From: Minisyncoccota bacterium
GTDB lineage: Bacteria > Patescibacteriota > Minisyncoccia > Phycocordibacterales > UBA9973
Direction of reading: 5' to 3'
Assembly: GCA_041664465.1 (NCBI GenBank)
Contig: JBAYKP010000002.1
Coordinates: 21,190-85,189 of the forward strand
DNA: 64,000 bases
Below the pieces are notes generated by a model, which was not told where the DNA came from, did no database searches, and saw only the letters and a program-made list of their open reading frames with translations. This document shows positions 29,308-38,515 of this stretch, piece by piece. The position numbers and the translations under genes were made by a program. The first letter of the stretch is position 1; every line of letters begins with the position of its first letter.

Positions 29308-31029
29308 ATGAAAAGTGAGACGAAAAACTGCCAGAATTGCAAAAAAGACTTTACTATTGAGCCAGATGATTTTTCTTTTTATGAGAAAATAAAAGTCCCT
29401 CCGCCAACCTTTTGCTCGGAATGTAGAATGATACGAAGGATGATTTGGAGAAATGAGAGGTCTTTTTATCATCGTAATTGTGATTTGTGTGGAGAAAAGA
29501 TAATTTCAGTTTTTGATGATAAAAATTTGAAAATTTATTGCCAGAATTGTTGGCTTAGTGATAAATGGGAATCTTTGGAATATGGAGTAAATTATGATTT
29601 CTCCGCATCATTTTTTTCTCAGTATTCAGGTTTATATAAAAATATACCACTAATAAATTTAAATGGGCATATTTCAAATAAAAACTCACCGTATGTAAAT
29701 TATATTGTTCAGGCTAATAATTGCTATTTTTGTTTTGGTGGAGGATATATAGAAAATGTTATGTTTTCTAATGTTGGGGTAAGAATAAAAGATTCAATGG
29801 AAATATTTTTCTCAATGGATTGTGAATTTTGTTATGAAATATTAAATTGTCAGAAATGTTATCGTATTTATTATGGAAATAATTTGAAAGACTGCATGGA
29901 TAGTTATTTTTTGCAGGACTGCGTGAATTGTAAGGACTGTATCATGTCCTGTAATTTAAGGAATAAATCTTATTGTTTTAAAAATCAACAATTAACTAAA
30001 GAAAAGTTTTTGGTCAAAAAAGAAGAATTTTTAAATAAACTACAGAAAAATATTTATTCTCTTAAAAATGAATTTAAGGAAGTATTGATTAAAAGTCCTA
30101 AAAAATTTGCCAATATTTTGAAATCAGAATTTTCTACAGGTGATAATATCTCTGAAAGTTCACGAGTGGTAAATAGTTTTAATATTTCTAAGAGTGAAAA
30201 TTGTAAAAATTCACAAGATATAGTTGGAGTTGCTCGTGATATCTACGATACAACAAGTGCTGGGTTAGGACTGGAAAATATGTATGAATCAATGTCTGTA
30301 AGTATGAATATTTTGAATTCATTTTTTTCTTTATCAATAAGAAATGATTCTTTTAATATAAATTATTCTTTTGGGTTAACTTCATGTTCCAACTGCTTCG
30401 CCTGCATCGGTCTCCGCTCCAAACAATACTGCATCCTCAACCGCCAATACACCAAAGAAGAATACGAGAGCCTTGTCCCCAAAATCATAAAGCATATGAA
30501 CGACATGCCCTATATAGATAGTAAAGGTAGAATCTACAAATACGGTGAATTCTTCCCAAGTGAACTCTCACCCTTTGCCTACAACGAAACCATAGCCCAA
30601 GAATACTTCCCATTAACAAAGGATGAAGCTCTACAACAAGGCTACAAATGGAAAGACAAGGAAGAACGTAACTACAGTATAGATATACATACAGAAAACA
30701 TCCCAGATTCCATTAAAGACATACCTGATACAGATATCCTAAACAAAGTCATAGAATGTAACCATAAAGGAACCTGTAATCAACAATGTACAGAAGCCTA
30801 TAAGATTATACCCGAAGAACTATCCTTCTACAGACGTATGAATTTACCTCTACCTCGTCTCTGTCCTAACTGTAGACACTATGAACGTCTTTCTCAACGA
30901 AACCCTATGAAATTATGGCATAGAGCCTGTATGAAGCCTGGATGTACCAATGAATTTGAGACATCTTATGCTCCAGAGAGACCGGAGATTGTTTATTGTG
31001 AGAAGTGTTATCAGGGGGAGGTGTATTAA
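29308..31029 (+). CDS. Cys-rich zinc-ribbon/repeat protein, paralogue 3
   Basis: CQNCKKDFTIEPDDFSFYEKIKVPPPTFC...YCEKCYQGEVY. Confidence 0.85.
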   Translation: MKSETKNCQNCKKDFTIEPDDFSFYEKIKVPPPTFCSECRMIRRMIWRNERSFYHRNCDLCGEKIISVFDDKNLKIYCQNCWLSDKWESLEYGVNYDFSASFFSQYSGLYKNIPLINLNGHISNKNSPYVNYIVQANNCYFCFGGGYIENVMFSNVGVRIKDSMEIFFSMDCEFCYEILNCQKCYRIYYGNNLKDCMDSYFLQDCVNCKDCIMSCNLRNKSYCFKNQQLTKEKFLVKKEEFLNKLQKNIYSLKNEFKEVLIKSPKKFANILKSEFSTGDNISESSRVVNSFNISKSENCKNSQDIVGVARDIYDTTSAGLGLENMYESMSVSMNILNSFFSLSIRNDSFNINYSFGLTSCSNCFACIGLRSKQYCILNRQYTKEEYESLVPKIIKHMNDMPYIDSKGRIYKYGEFFPSELSPFAYNETIAQEYFPLTKDEALQQGYKWKDKEERNYSIDIHTENIPDSIKDIPDTDILNKVIECNHKGTCNQQCTEAYKIIPEELSFYRRMNLPLPRLCPNCRHYERLSQRNPMKLWHRACMKPGCTNEFETSYAPERPEIVYCEKCYQGEVY

Positions 31030-32489
31030 AATATTACTTTCTTTGCTTCCTCAAATAATTCATCTATTCTTTCTTGAGTTTTTGCTTCACCGAAGAGTTT
31101 AATTATTGGTTCTGTATTTGAAGGACGAAGGTGGAGCCAAGAACTATCCGGTAAGTCTAGGCGTAGGCCATCTTGTTCATCATATGTAGCATCTTTAAAA
31201 TGCTCTTTCAATTTAATGTACATTTGTTTTAGGTCAGAGCCCAATGGCCATTTATCTTTCTTTATTATATATTTTGGCAATTCTTCCATCAGTTCACTTA
31301 TAGTTTTATTTCTCTCTGCCATAAGTTCAAGGATTAAAGCAAGTCCCGTAAAACTATCACGGACTGTATTTATAATAGGGTAGATTATTCCACCATTTCC
31401 TTCACCTCCAACTATTGCATTATGAGCTAGTATTCCTTCTACGACGAATCCTTCGCCAATTTTAGTTCGGAATGTTTCACTTCCATATTTTTTAGCTACA
31501 TCAGCTCCTCTTTGTGAAGTAGAAAGATTAAGCACTATAGGCTTACCTGGATGTTTTGATATCACATTTTCTATTACCAATGCTATAGAATTTTCTTCTG
31601 ACTCCACAATTCCTTTATCACTTACCAATACCAGCCTATCAGCATCAGGATCATGGACGAAGCCTACATCTACTTTTTTTTCAACAACTAATTTTTCTAT
31701 ATCGCCTAGATTCTCACGAAGAGGCTCTGGTCTGTGCCCGAATTTACCATTAGGGATATTGTTTAAGGGATATACTTCTACTCCTAGTTGTTCAAATAAA
31801 TAAGGATCCATCACACAAGCTGAAGCATTGATCATATCAACAGCTACTTTGAATTTCTTAGCACGGATTACTTCTACATTTATATTTTCTAATATTTTAT
31901 CAGCATGTTCTTTGAGAAAGTTTGGTGTAATGTTAGATGGATTTTCGCTCGACTCATTATTCCCGTCAGCACGCGATAAAATTCTACTGAATTTTTCGCT
32001 AGTGCTCGGCTCGACAGCCTGTGCAATGCTTCCTGGAACAATGAGTTCTCGCTCAAATCCATCCCGTTCGAATTTCTTAATTTCTTCTTCATAATATTTA
32101 TTTATCCTTTCTACTTCTTCATTTACAGTGAAAAGAGCTTTATCATTTACAAATTTGAGGCCGTTATATTCTATTGGGTTATGACTTGCGGTAATTATTA
32201 TAGCTCCATCATATCCGTGTTTACGAACAGAGAATAGAACTGTCGGCGTTGGAAGTATATCTCCATATACTGCTTCTACTCCCAGATTTTTTAATTCATT
32301 TAGAATTATTTCTCTTATCTCAGGTCCAGACTCACGACCATCTCTGCCAATTAAAATAGTAGGATGTTCCTTTTTTTCTTTTAAAAATGAAACGAAAGCA
32401 CGCGTATATAAAATAACCACCTCTTTACTAAGTGATTCACCCCAGATACCTCTATATCCAGAGACATTAATTCTTTGTTTAAATTCCAT
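31026..32489 (-). CDS. Phosphohexomutase (PMM/PGM/GlmM family) carrying an in-frame element
   Basis: VSGYRG, ITASHNP, DPDADR, GGEGNGG, LRPSNTEP. Confidence 0.93.
   Translation of the reverse strand: MEFKQRINVSGYRGIWGESLSKEVVILYTRAFVSFLKEKKEHPTILIGRDGRESGPEIREIILNELKNLGVEAVYGDILPTPTVLFSVRKHGYDGAIIITASHNPIEYNGLKFVNDKALFTVNEEVERINKYYEEEIKKFERDGFERELIVPGSIAQAVEPSTSEKFSRILSRADGNNESSENPSNITPNFLKEHADKILENINVEVIRAKKFKVAVDMINASACVMDPYLFEQLGVEVYPLNNIPNGKFGHRPEPLRENLGDIEKLVVEKKVDVGFVHDPDADRLVLVSDKGIVESEENSIALVIENVISKHPGKPIVLNLSTSQRGADVAKKYGSETFRTKIGEGFVVEGILAHNAIVGGEGNGGIIYPIINTVRDSFTGLALILELMAERNKTISELMEELPKYIIKKDKWPLGSDLKQMYIKLKEHFKDATYDEQDGLRLDLPDSSWLHLRPSNTEPIIKLFGEAKTQERIDELFEEAKKVIF
31936..32063 (-). 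mobile_element. Structured palindromic element, copy D (in frame in the phosphohexomutase)
   Basis: Arms GATGGATTTTCGCTCGACTCATT / AATGAGTTCTCGCTCAAATCCATC; encodes DGFERELIVPGSIAQAVEPSTSEKFSRILSRADGNNESSENPS. Confidence 0.85.
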
Positions 32490-32526
32490 TCCTTTATAAT
32501 ACCAGTTTTTGAGGAATGAGGGAATA

Positions 32527-32952
32527 TTATTGAAAACTAATTTCAAATGGATACATTCCCATACCGCAGGAGCCGTTTAGGGTGCCGGCTGGTTGTGTAC
32601 TGAGGTCTATATCTGTACTTCCTGATTGTGGGAGACTTTTAAAGATATTCATAGAAGGAATTCTGACAGAAGAAGAGCAATCAAAAGTTCCATTTGTGTT
32701 AAATCTTAAAATTGTAGGAATTCCTGCCTTTGCAATACTTTTCCTTGGTTGGTAACCACCTTTAGCATTTATCTCTATAATTTGTTTACCATCTACTACC
32801 GAAACATTCTTTATAGAAGTTTCTTGTGTTGTTCCAGTACTATTATTACTAGAATCATTTGATTGATTACTTGTTTTTCCACTCGTAAGAACAATAGCAA
32901 ATATAATTAATGCCGCTGATACTACTATTGAGATGATTGTGTTTTTTGTCAT
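32527..32952 (-). CDS. Cupredoxin-domain membrane-anchored protein
   Basis: N-term TM, GGYQP, C...SCGMGMY. Confidence 0.8.
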   Translation of the reverse strand: MTKNTIISIVVSAALIIFAIVLTSGKTSNQSNDSSNNSTGTTQETSIKNVSVVDGKQIIEINAKGGYQPRKSIAKAGIPTILRFNTNGTFDCSSSVRIPSMNIFKSLPQSGSTDIDLSTQPAGTLNGSCGMGMYPFEISFQ

Positions 32953-32953
32953 T

Positions 32954-33991
32954 TTAAAAATTAAATATTGGCTTTATTAATCCGATTACGACCAAACTAT
33001 TCAATACATTCATTATAGCAAAAAGTATGACGATAAGCCCAGCTGACTTGAAGAAGATGCCAGAGTTTTTATTATTCTTTATACTAAAAGAACTGAAGCT
33101 TATCAAAGCAAGTACAGGAAGAGTCCCTAAAGCAAAAGCAAACATTGTAAGAGCTCCATTCATGAAACTTCCAGTAGAAAGAGTGTATATCTGCATTGAT
33201 TGAGTAAATCCACATGGAAGAAAGAATGTAGCTATGCCAACTAAAATTGGAGTGAGAGAGTGGTTTAATTTGGAAATATTGAAAGCTCTTTTTGATATAA
33301 ACTTTGGCATGCTTAATTGCAGTTTTTTAGTAGAGTGGAATACATCAAGCAAGTTTATACCCATGATAAGCATAACTATGCCTATAAATATTCCTAAGCC
33401 AAACGCTGCTCCAGTATTTAAAGTGAATACACTTCCAAGAGCACCGATAACTCCACCTAATATAAAAAATGAGACGAGCCTACCGAGATGGAAAAGTATT
33501 TGAGGCTTCACCTTATCGCCTTCTTGGGCGAAAGTTGCCGACATTGAGAGGACAAGTCCTCCGACGACGGCCATACAAGTAGAGAGGGAAGCGATAATCC
33601 CGACCACAAAAGCAGTCCCATAAGTAATTTTTGATGTATTTATTAGATTTACCAGTCCAATCTTTTGCAAGATTATAAATAAAGCAATAAATAATAAAGC
33701 CACAGGTATCGCGATTTTAAAATCTGACCAATTTTTGTCTCTTTTTTGTTTTTCAAGTGAGAGAGTATATCCGTGAGGTTTTAAAACAGTTGTTAATTCT
33801 TCTGCTATCTGTTCTATTGTCTTATCTCCGAAATCCCCCTCTATTTCTACGGAAGTATTCTTGAGGCTTGATCTCACGTGTGTTATATAAGGTAATTCCT
33901 TTAATTCACTTTCAGTTAAGAGTACACAAGAATTGCAGTGCATACCATTTACATGAAATTTATATTTTGTTGTTTGATTTTGATTGTTCAT
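32954..33991 (-). CDS. HMA-domain plus DsbD_2/TauE-like membrane protein
   Basis: GMHCNSC; STCMAVVGG, HLGR, LPCGFTQ, FALGTLP. Confidence 0.85.
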   Translation of the reverse strand: MNNQNQTTKYKFHVNGMHCNSCVLLTESELKELPYITHVRSSLKNTSVEIEGDFGDKTIEQIAEELTTVLKPHGYTLSLEKQKRDKNWSDFKIAIPVALLFIALFIILQKIGLVNLINTSKITYGTAFVVGIIASLSTCMAVVGGLVLSMSATFAQEGDKVKPQILFHLGRLVSFFILGGVIGALGSVFTLNTGAAFGLGIFIGIVMLIMGINLLDVFHSTKKLQLSMPKFISKRAFNISKLNHSLTPILVGIATFFLPCGFTQSMQIYTLSTGSFMNGALTMFAFALGTLPVLALISFSSFSIKNNKNSGIFFKSAGLIVILFAIMNVLNSLVVIGLIKPIFNF

Positions 33992-34057
33992 ATAGTTAGA
34001 TATACAATTTACCATAAAAAAATACCTTTTACAATTAAGTATTTATCTACATAAAAT

Positions 34058-34086
34058 ATTATATACCCCCTAGGGGTATATGTCAA
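34058..34086 (-). promoter_or_regulatory. Consensus promoter with CsoR-type operator in the spacer
   Basis: Minus strand TTGACA-TATACCCCTAGGGGGTA-TATAAT. Confidence 0.85.
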
Positions 34087-34088
34087 TA

Positions 34089-34472
34089 TTATTTTACATT
34101 ATTAATAATGTTTTGAATAATTTGGTCAATTTCTTTTGGCCTCTCACCTAAATCTGCTTGTGGGAAGAATTGTGACAGAATAATTGGTCGCATACCAGAA
34201 ATAAAAGTTTGTCCGTCTTTGTTATAAACATTTATTTTGCACGGCAAGCAGAGTCCGATTTTAATGTCTTTTTCTAAAAATTCATTAGCAAACTTGGCAC
34301 TACAAAATTCAATAATTTTAAATGATTCTCGTTCAAATCCTTTTTCGCCTAAAGTTTTTTGTACGTCATGAATATACAAAACACGCATGAGAGCTTTGGC
34401 GATTTCATCCTCCACACTTTTGACTACGTCATCAAAAGTTTTAGTTGTAGTTACTGTATAATCAAATTCCAT
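34089..34472 (-). CDS. DUF302 family protein
   Basis: IHDVQKTL, IIEFC, IGLCLPCKINVY. Confidence 0.8.
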   Translation of the reverse strand: MEFDYTVTTTKTFDDVVKSVEDEIAKALMRVLYIHDVQKTLGEKGFERESFKIIEFCSAKFANEFLEKDIKIGLCLPCKINVYNKDGQTFISGMRPIILSQFFPQADLGERPKEIDQIIQNIINNVK

Positions 34473-34497
34473 AAATTTTTATATATTAAACTAATAA

Positions 34498-34722
34498 TTA
34501 AGCACTTAAATCCTTTTTCTTTTCTTCAAATTCTTTTTTATCTATTTCACCTTTAGCGTATCTTTCTTCTAAGGTATGAAGAGATTTCTTGCTATCCATT
34601 ACATTTGTTTTATTGTTGCTGATAAGCCAAATAATAAAATAAATAATTGCTCCCCAAAACAAAATCATCATAATTCCACCTCCAAACCAACCACCCCATC
34701 CATTATATATTCCATACATCAT
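34498..34722 (-). CDS. SHOCT-domain small membrane protein
   Basis: TM then [19 protein letters not shown]. Confidence 0.85.
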   Translation of the reverse strand: MMYGIYNGWGGWFGGGIMMILFWGAIIYFIIWLISNNKTNVMDSKKSLHTLEERYAKGEIDKKEFEEKKKDLSA

Positions 34723-34777
34723 ATAATTTACTTTTGTTTATTTTTATAATAAATACAGTCCGACAAACTTATATAAT

Positions 34778-34806
34778 ATTATATACCCCTAGGGGGTATG
34801 TGTCAA
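34778..34806 (-). promoter_or_regulatory. Consensus promoter with CsoR-type operator in the spacer
   Basis: Minus strand TTGACA-CATACCCCCTAGGGGTA-TATAAT. Confidence 0.85.
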
Positions 34807-34814
34807 CGATATCA

Positions 34815-34858
34815 ATAAACAAGAAAACTACTTCATATGAAGTAGTTTTCTTGTTTAT
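34815..34858. terminator. Perfect 44-bp palindrome, probable terminator
   Basis: ATAAACAAGAAAACTACTTCAT|ATGAAGTAGTTTTCTTGTTTAT. Confidence 0.7.
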
Positions 34859-34869
34859 GAATCTCTCTA

Positions 34870-35535
34870 TTATAATTTTTCTATTTTTTGTATAAGCATA
34901 TCATTTGCTATGGCCATATTGGGGTCATCAAATACATATCTGACTATTCCTTCTTTATCTATAACTATATAGGTATGCCCTGGAAGAGAACCTCTATGCA
35001 TTGAAGAAGCAGTAGTTAAGAGACCTAATTGTTTAGATGTGTTTGCATTGATATCAAACATCGTCATTGTTTTTGCGAGTTCTGGCATTTGGTCTATTGC
35101 TTTCTGCCAATCTTTGGCAGGGTCAACTACGACAGAAATAGCTTGAGTTTTATCGTTATTGAATCTCGCATCACTTCCAAAGGCTGACATTTGATTCCAG
35201 CAAGCTGGATAGCACATAAGTCCTTCATTGAAGAACAAGACTATATTTTTACCTTTTAAATCAGCAGGTGTATATATTTTTCCATCTTTATCAGATAATG
35301 AGATTGCAGGCATAGTTTTCCCCACAAGAGAATTTAATAATGTATTGTCCGTCGCTATCGATGCACCACCATGATCGTGTGGATTAGGAGTTGTGTTACT
35401 ATTGTTAACACTAGTTTGAGGATTAGTTTTTGGTCCTTGGGAAGGGTTTTTTATTAGGAAGTATCCTAAAAATAATATTACAATTGAAAGTATTACAATT
35501 GAAAATACAAGTGGTTTATTATTTTGATTATTCAT
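34870..35535 (-). CDS. Membrane-anchored redoxin (AhpC/TSA/TlpA-like)
   Basis: N-term TM, CYPAC motif, IDKEGIVRY. Confidence 0.8.
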   Translation of the reverse strand: MNNQNNKPLVFSIVILSIVILFLGYFLIKNPSQGPKTNPQTSVNNSNTTPNPHDHGGASIATDNTLLNSLVGKTMPAISLSDKDGKIYTPADLKGKNIVLFFNEGLMCYPACWNQMSAFGSDARFNNDKTQAISVVVDPAKDWQKAIDQMPELAKTMTMFDINANTSKQLGLLTTASSMHRGSLPGHTYIVIDKEGIVRYVFDDPNMAIANDMLIQKIEKL

Positions 35536-36388
35536 GTTTTTTGTTTTTATTTTGATTAATGAACACATACGATATGAGTATTATTATTCCGACGAATAAT
35601 AATGCCCATATGTATTCAGGGATTACTTTTATAAATCCACTGATAGATTTTAAGAATTTAGCATTGTATAAATTCATATCTAATTGATAATCTGAGTGAA
35701 CAAACAATTTATCTTTAAAAGCTAAATATGTAATATAGCTTCCCATTAAGAAAAATATAAGTCCAGAGATTAATTCAGAAACAGAAATTTTCCAGCTGAA
35801 ACTACCAATTCTCATACCAATACTTCTCTTAGCATTAGTAAACTTTTCTGCTAGGTTTACTTTATCCAAGAAGGCTGCAATGATGAATAACGGCAAGGTC
35901 ATCCCTAGGACATATGCGAGTGTATATAAGACACCCCAGACTATTGTACCGCTTGTTAGTGATAGAGTTAGAACTCCTGCTAAAACTGGAGCACAACAAG
36001 TAGTTGCAATCGCTGAGAAAATACCGAGAACATAGATAGAAGAGACGTGCCTTCTCATTCCATCTCGAAGAGAAACTGGTCGAGCAAACTTTTTACCCAA
36101 AAGCATTATTATTCCTAATATTATTAAGAATATTCCACCTACAGTAAAGATTACATTATGATATTTACTGAAAAGTTGTGCTAAGGCAGAGAATCCTAAA
36201 CCGATTGGAACAAAGACAGTTGCTACTCCTAGGAAAAATATAAAAGTCATAAAAAAGATTTTATATTTTTCTCTAAAGATATTTCCCAAATAAGAGGGGA
36301 GTAGAACTGTAATGCAACAGGGAGCAAAGAGTGCTGCGACTCCAGCCACAAAGGCTGCTACTAACGATATTCCGACTAATGATTCCAT
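35528..36388 (-). CDS. CcdA/DsbD-type thiol transfer membrane protein
   Basis: FAPCC..LLPSY, TCCAPVL, LGMTLP. Confidence 0.85.
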   Translation of the reverse strand: MESLVGISLVAAFVAGVAALFAPCCITVLLPSYLGNIFREKYKIFFMTFIFFLGVATVFVPIGLGFSALAQLFSKYHNVIFTVGGIFLIILGIIMLLGKKFARPVSLRDGMRRHVSSIYVLGIFSAIATTCCAPVLAGVLTLSLTSGTIVWGVLYTLAYVLGMTLPLFIIAAFLDKVNLAEKFTNAKRSIGMRIGSFSWKISVSELISGLIFFLMGSYITYLAFKDKLFVHSDYQLDMNLYNAKFLKSISGFIKVIPEYIWALLFVGIIILISYVFINQNKNKKHE

Positions 36389-37026
36389 ATATTTTTTTCT
36401 TTAAAATTAGGAATAAATGCAGGGACTTTTTCTTTGTATTTTATATATTCTTCACCAAATTCTTTTTCCATCTCCCTTTCTTCTTTATAAGAAAGACGTG
36501 TATACATAAAAACTAAAATAGGGAACATTGCTAATGTTAGTATTGTTGGCCATTGCAAAAGAAATCCAACCATTATCATTATAAAACCAACATACTGAGG
36601 ATGTCGGGTATATTTGTATATTCCATTTACAGCGAGAGTATGCTCTTTTTGTGCTTTATATAAAACTTGCCAAGCCTTGGCTATAATTATAAAACCAATA
36701 ATAATAAATACACTACTTAAAGTATGTATTATATTAAAATGCGGATCTCCTTTTAATCCCAATAGAGTTTCCCATAAATGTCCATTATTATGGCTAAGCC
36801 AATCTACATTAGGAAAATATTTTATTAATGTTCCAGAGAAAAAATAAATAGTTAGAGGGAATCCGTACATTTCTGTGAAAAGAGCTACTATGAAAGCAGA
36901 AAACGCTCCAAATGATCGCCAGTCTCTTTTTGTTTTAGGATGAGTAAAACTAAAAGCAAAGACAATAAATATTGTTGTTTCTAATAATACTAATCCCCAT
37001 AATCCATAACCTGATGTTGTTGTCAT
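36376..37026 (-). CDS. Isoprenylcysteine carboxylmethyltransferase (ICMT/PEMT) family protein
   Basis: GIYKYTRHPQY, EE..M..EFG.EY..YK.KVP.FIP. Confidence 0.88.
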   Translation of the reverse strand: MTTTSGYGLWGLVLLETTIFIVFAFSFTHPKTKRDWRSFGAFSAFIVALFTEMYGFPLTIYFFSGTLIKYFPNVDWLSHNNGHLWETLLGLKGDPHFNIIHTLSSVFIIIGFIIIAKAWQVLYKAQKEHTLAVNGIYKYTRHPQYVGFIMIMVGFLLQWPTILTLAMFPILVFMYTRLSYKEEREMEKEFGEEYIKYKEKVPAFIPNFKEKNIWNH

Positions 37027-37041
37027 AATGTTTTTATATTA

Positions 37042-37518
37042 TTAATTAAGTTGCCAAATAAAACTCCTTACGGTCTCTTTAATTCCAGAAATTTTTAATT
37101 CAATAGATTTAGGATTAGGATTTATCGCCTCAAACACTAAAACCCCTTCTCTATGGTGTCCACCGGCTTCTGCCCCTTCCCAACGTAATGGTGTATAAAC
37201 TTTTCCTTGATTATCTACTAAAACAGTATTTTTTATTAAATCTTGATCAAGCTCGATTTCGTGATTATTCATTACTATCTCAAATCTCCATTCTTTTGAT
37301 TGTGAAGAGACATCTACTGGGGTGATAGTGACAGTCACAGCCAATTGTTCGTCGGTTTTAGATTCCAATGTTATCTTTGGGGAATTATTTGTATTTACGA
37401 AGGAGTCATTTTTTAAGACTGGATGATTTATTTTTTTATTATCAAAAACAACAAACATCAAGATTCCTGTAATTATAAATAATATTATTAGAATTATAGT
37501 TAGTTTTTTAGATTTCAT
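37042..37518 (-). CDS. Secreted/anchored hypothetical protein
   Basis: N-term TM; NH and GGHHREG possible metal ligands. Confidence 0.7.
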   Translation of the reverse strand: MKSKKLTIILIILFIITGILMFVVFDNKKINHPVLKNDSFVNTNNSPKITLESKTDEQLAVTVTITPVDVSSQSKEWRFEIVMNNHEIELDQDLIKNTVLVDNQGKVYTPLRWEGAEAGGHHREGVLVFEAINPNPKSIELKISGIKETVRSFIWQLN

Positions 37519-37964
37519 ATGTTTGTTTTTTTAATTTTAATTATTTTATTACTTATAAATATAATACCGAATATATTAAATAGAATTCCTACCCAAAAGA
37601 TTTCAGTTTGATATTTTGTGATGAACATAAGGGAACCCGAGATGCCGAGAATCGGTATTATATTGGTCAAGTAATGAGCACAACACGAAACCATTGCTAA
37701 AGTAGAAGTCGTACCTGTCACAGCCACAGCCTTGCCATCTATAGTAATATGTTTATTCTTAACAAGTTCTTTTAGATAAGAATATAATCCTATCTGAATT
37801 CCAAAACCTACCGTTAAGCTGACAATAAAATACCAATAACTTGCAAACTGCTTTTCTGCAAAAACCCAACCTGACACAAACGTTAATACTGCAAAATAAA
37901 CTCCAAGCAAAATTATGCTTGCAAGTGTTCCATATAGAATTGATTTTTTAATACTACGAGCCAT
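37515..37964 (-). CDS. Membrane protein with CCAH motif
   Basis: Four hydrophobic segments, MVSCCAHY. Confidence 0.7.
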   Translation of the reverse strand: MARSIKKSILYGTLASIILLGVYFAVLTFVSGWVFAEKQFASYWYFIVSLTVGFGIQIGLYSYLKELVKNKHITIDGKAVAVTGTTSTLAMVSCCAHYLTNIIPILGISGSLMFITKYQTEIFWVGILFNIFGIIFISNKIIKIKKTNI

Positions 37965-37998
37965 ACTTATTTAATGACAACTATTACTTGAATTATTT

Positions 37999-38256
37999 TT
38001 AACTTTTTTCTTTATCTCCCTCTCTTCCTTTTAATACCTCAGTTTCTTCACTGGAATTTTTATGAGATTTTCTCATCATAAATAGATGAAATATAACCAT
38101 TACTCCTATCCCAATAAAAATAATCCATTTTGAATTTCCAGAATTACCAGCACTACTTCCTACTCCAAAAATTAAAAGAAGAACAATAGGTAGGGCACAG
38201 CAAATCATCATCATCCACATCATTCCTTTTCCATTTTTATCGTCGTGATTATGCAT
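37999..38256 (-). CDS. Small Met/His/Cys-rich membrane protein (DUF2933-like)
   Basis: MMWMMMICCALP...HLFMMRKSH. Confidence 0.65.
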   Translation of the reverse strand: MHNHDDKNGKGMMWMMMICCALPIVLLLIFGVGSSAGNSGNSKWIIFIGIGVMVIFHLFMMRKSHKNSSEETEVLKGREGDKEKS

Positions 38257-38294
38257 ATTATTTTTTTTATTTAATTTTTAATTTTCAACCTCTT

Positions 38295-38462
38295 TTAATG
38301 ACAACAACTTCCAGAATGTTCTGGTTTCGATGCTTCCTGTTTTTTATATTCTTCTTTGCAATTTTCTGAACAAAACTTTTTACTAGATTCTTCAGGATAG
38401 ACTTTTTCTTTTTGTAATTCCATTTTACAAACGGGGCATTTTTCTTTAAATAGATTGAACAT
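38295..38462 (-). CDS. YHS/TRASH-like metal-binding peptide
   Basis: CPVCKM...FCSENC...SCCH. Confidence 0.65.
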   Translation of the reverse strand: MFNLFKEKCPVCKMELQKEKVYPEESSKKFCSENCKEEYKKQEASKPEHSGSCCH

Positions 38463-38515
38463 AAAATTTAATAAATTATTTTTTAATATCGACCAATCAT
38501 TAATTATATAAGACT

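Noticed and set aside
16614-31029. Diversity-generating retroelement acting on the Cys-rich genes
   Set aside because: No reverse transcriptase and no template/variable repeat pair differing only at adenines is visible in the window.
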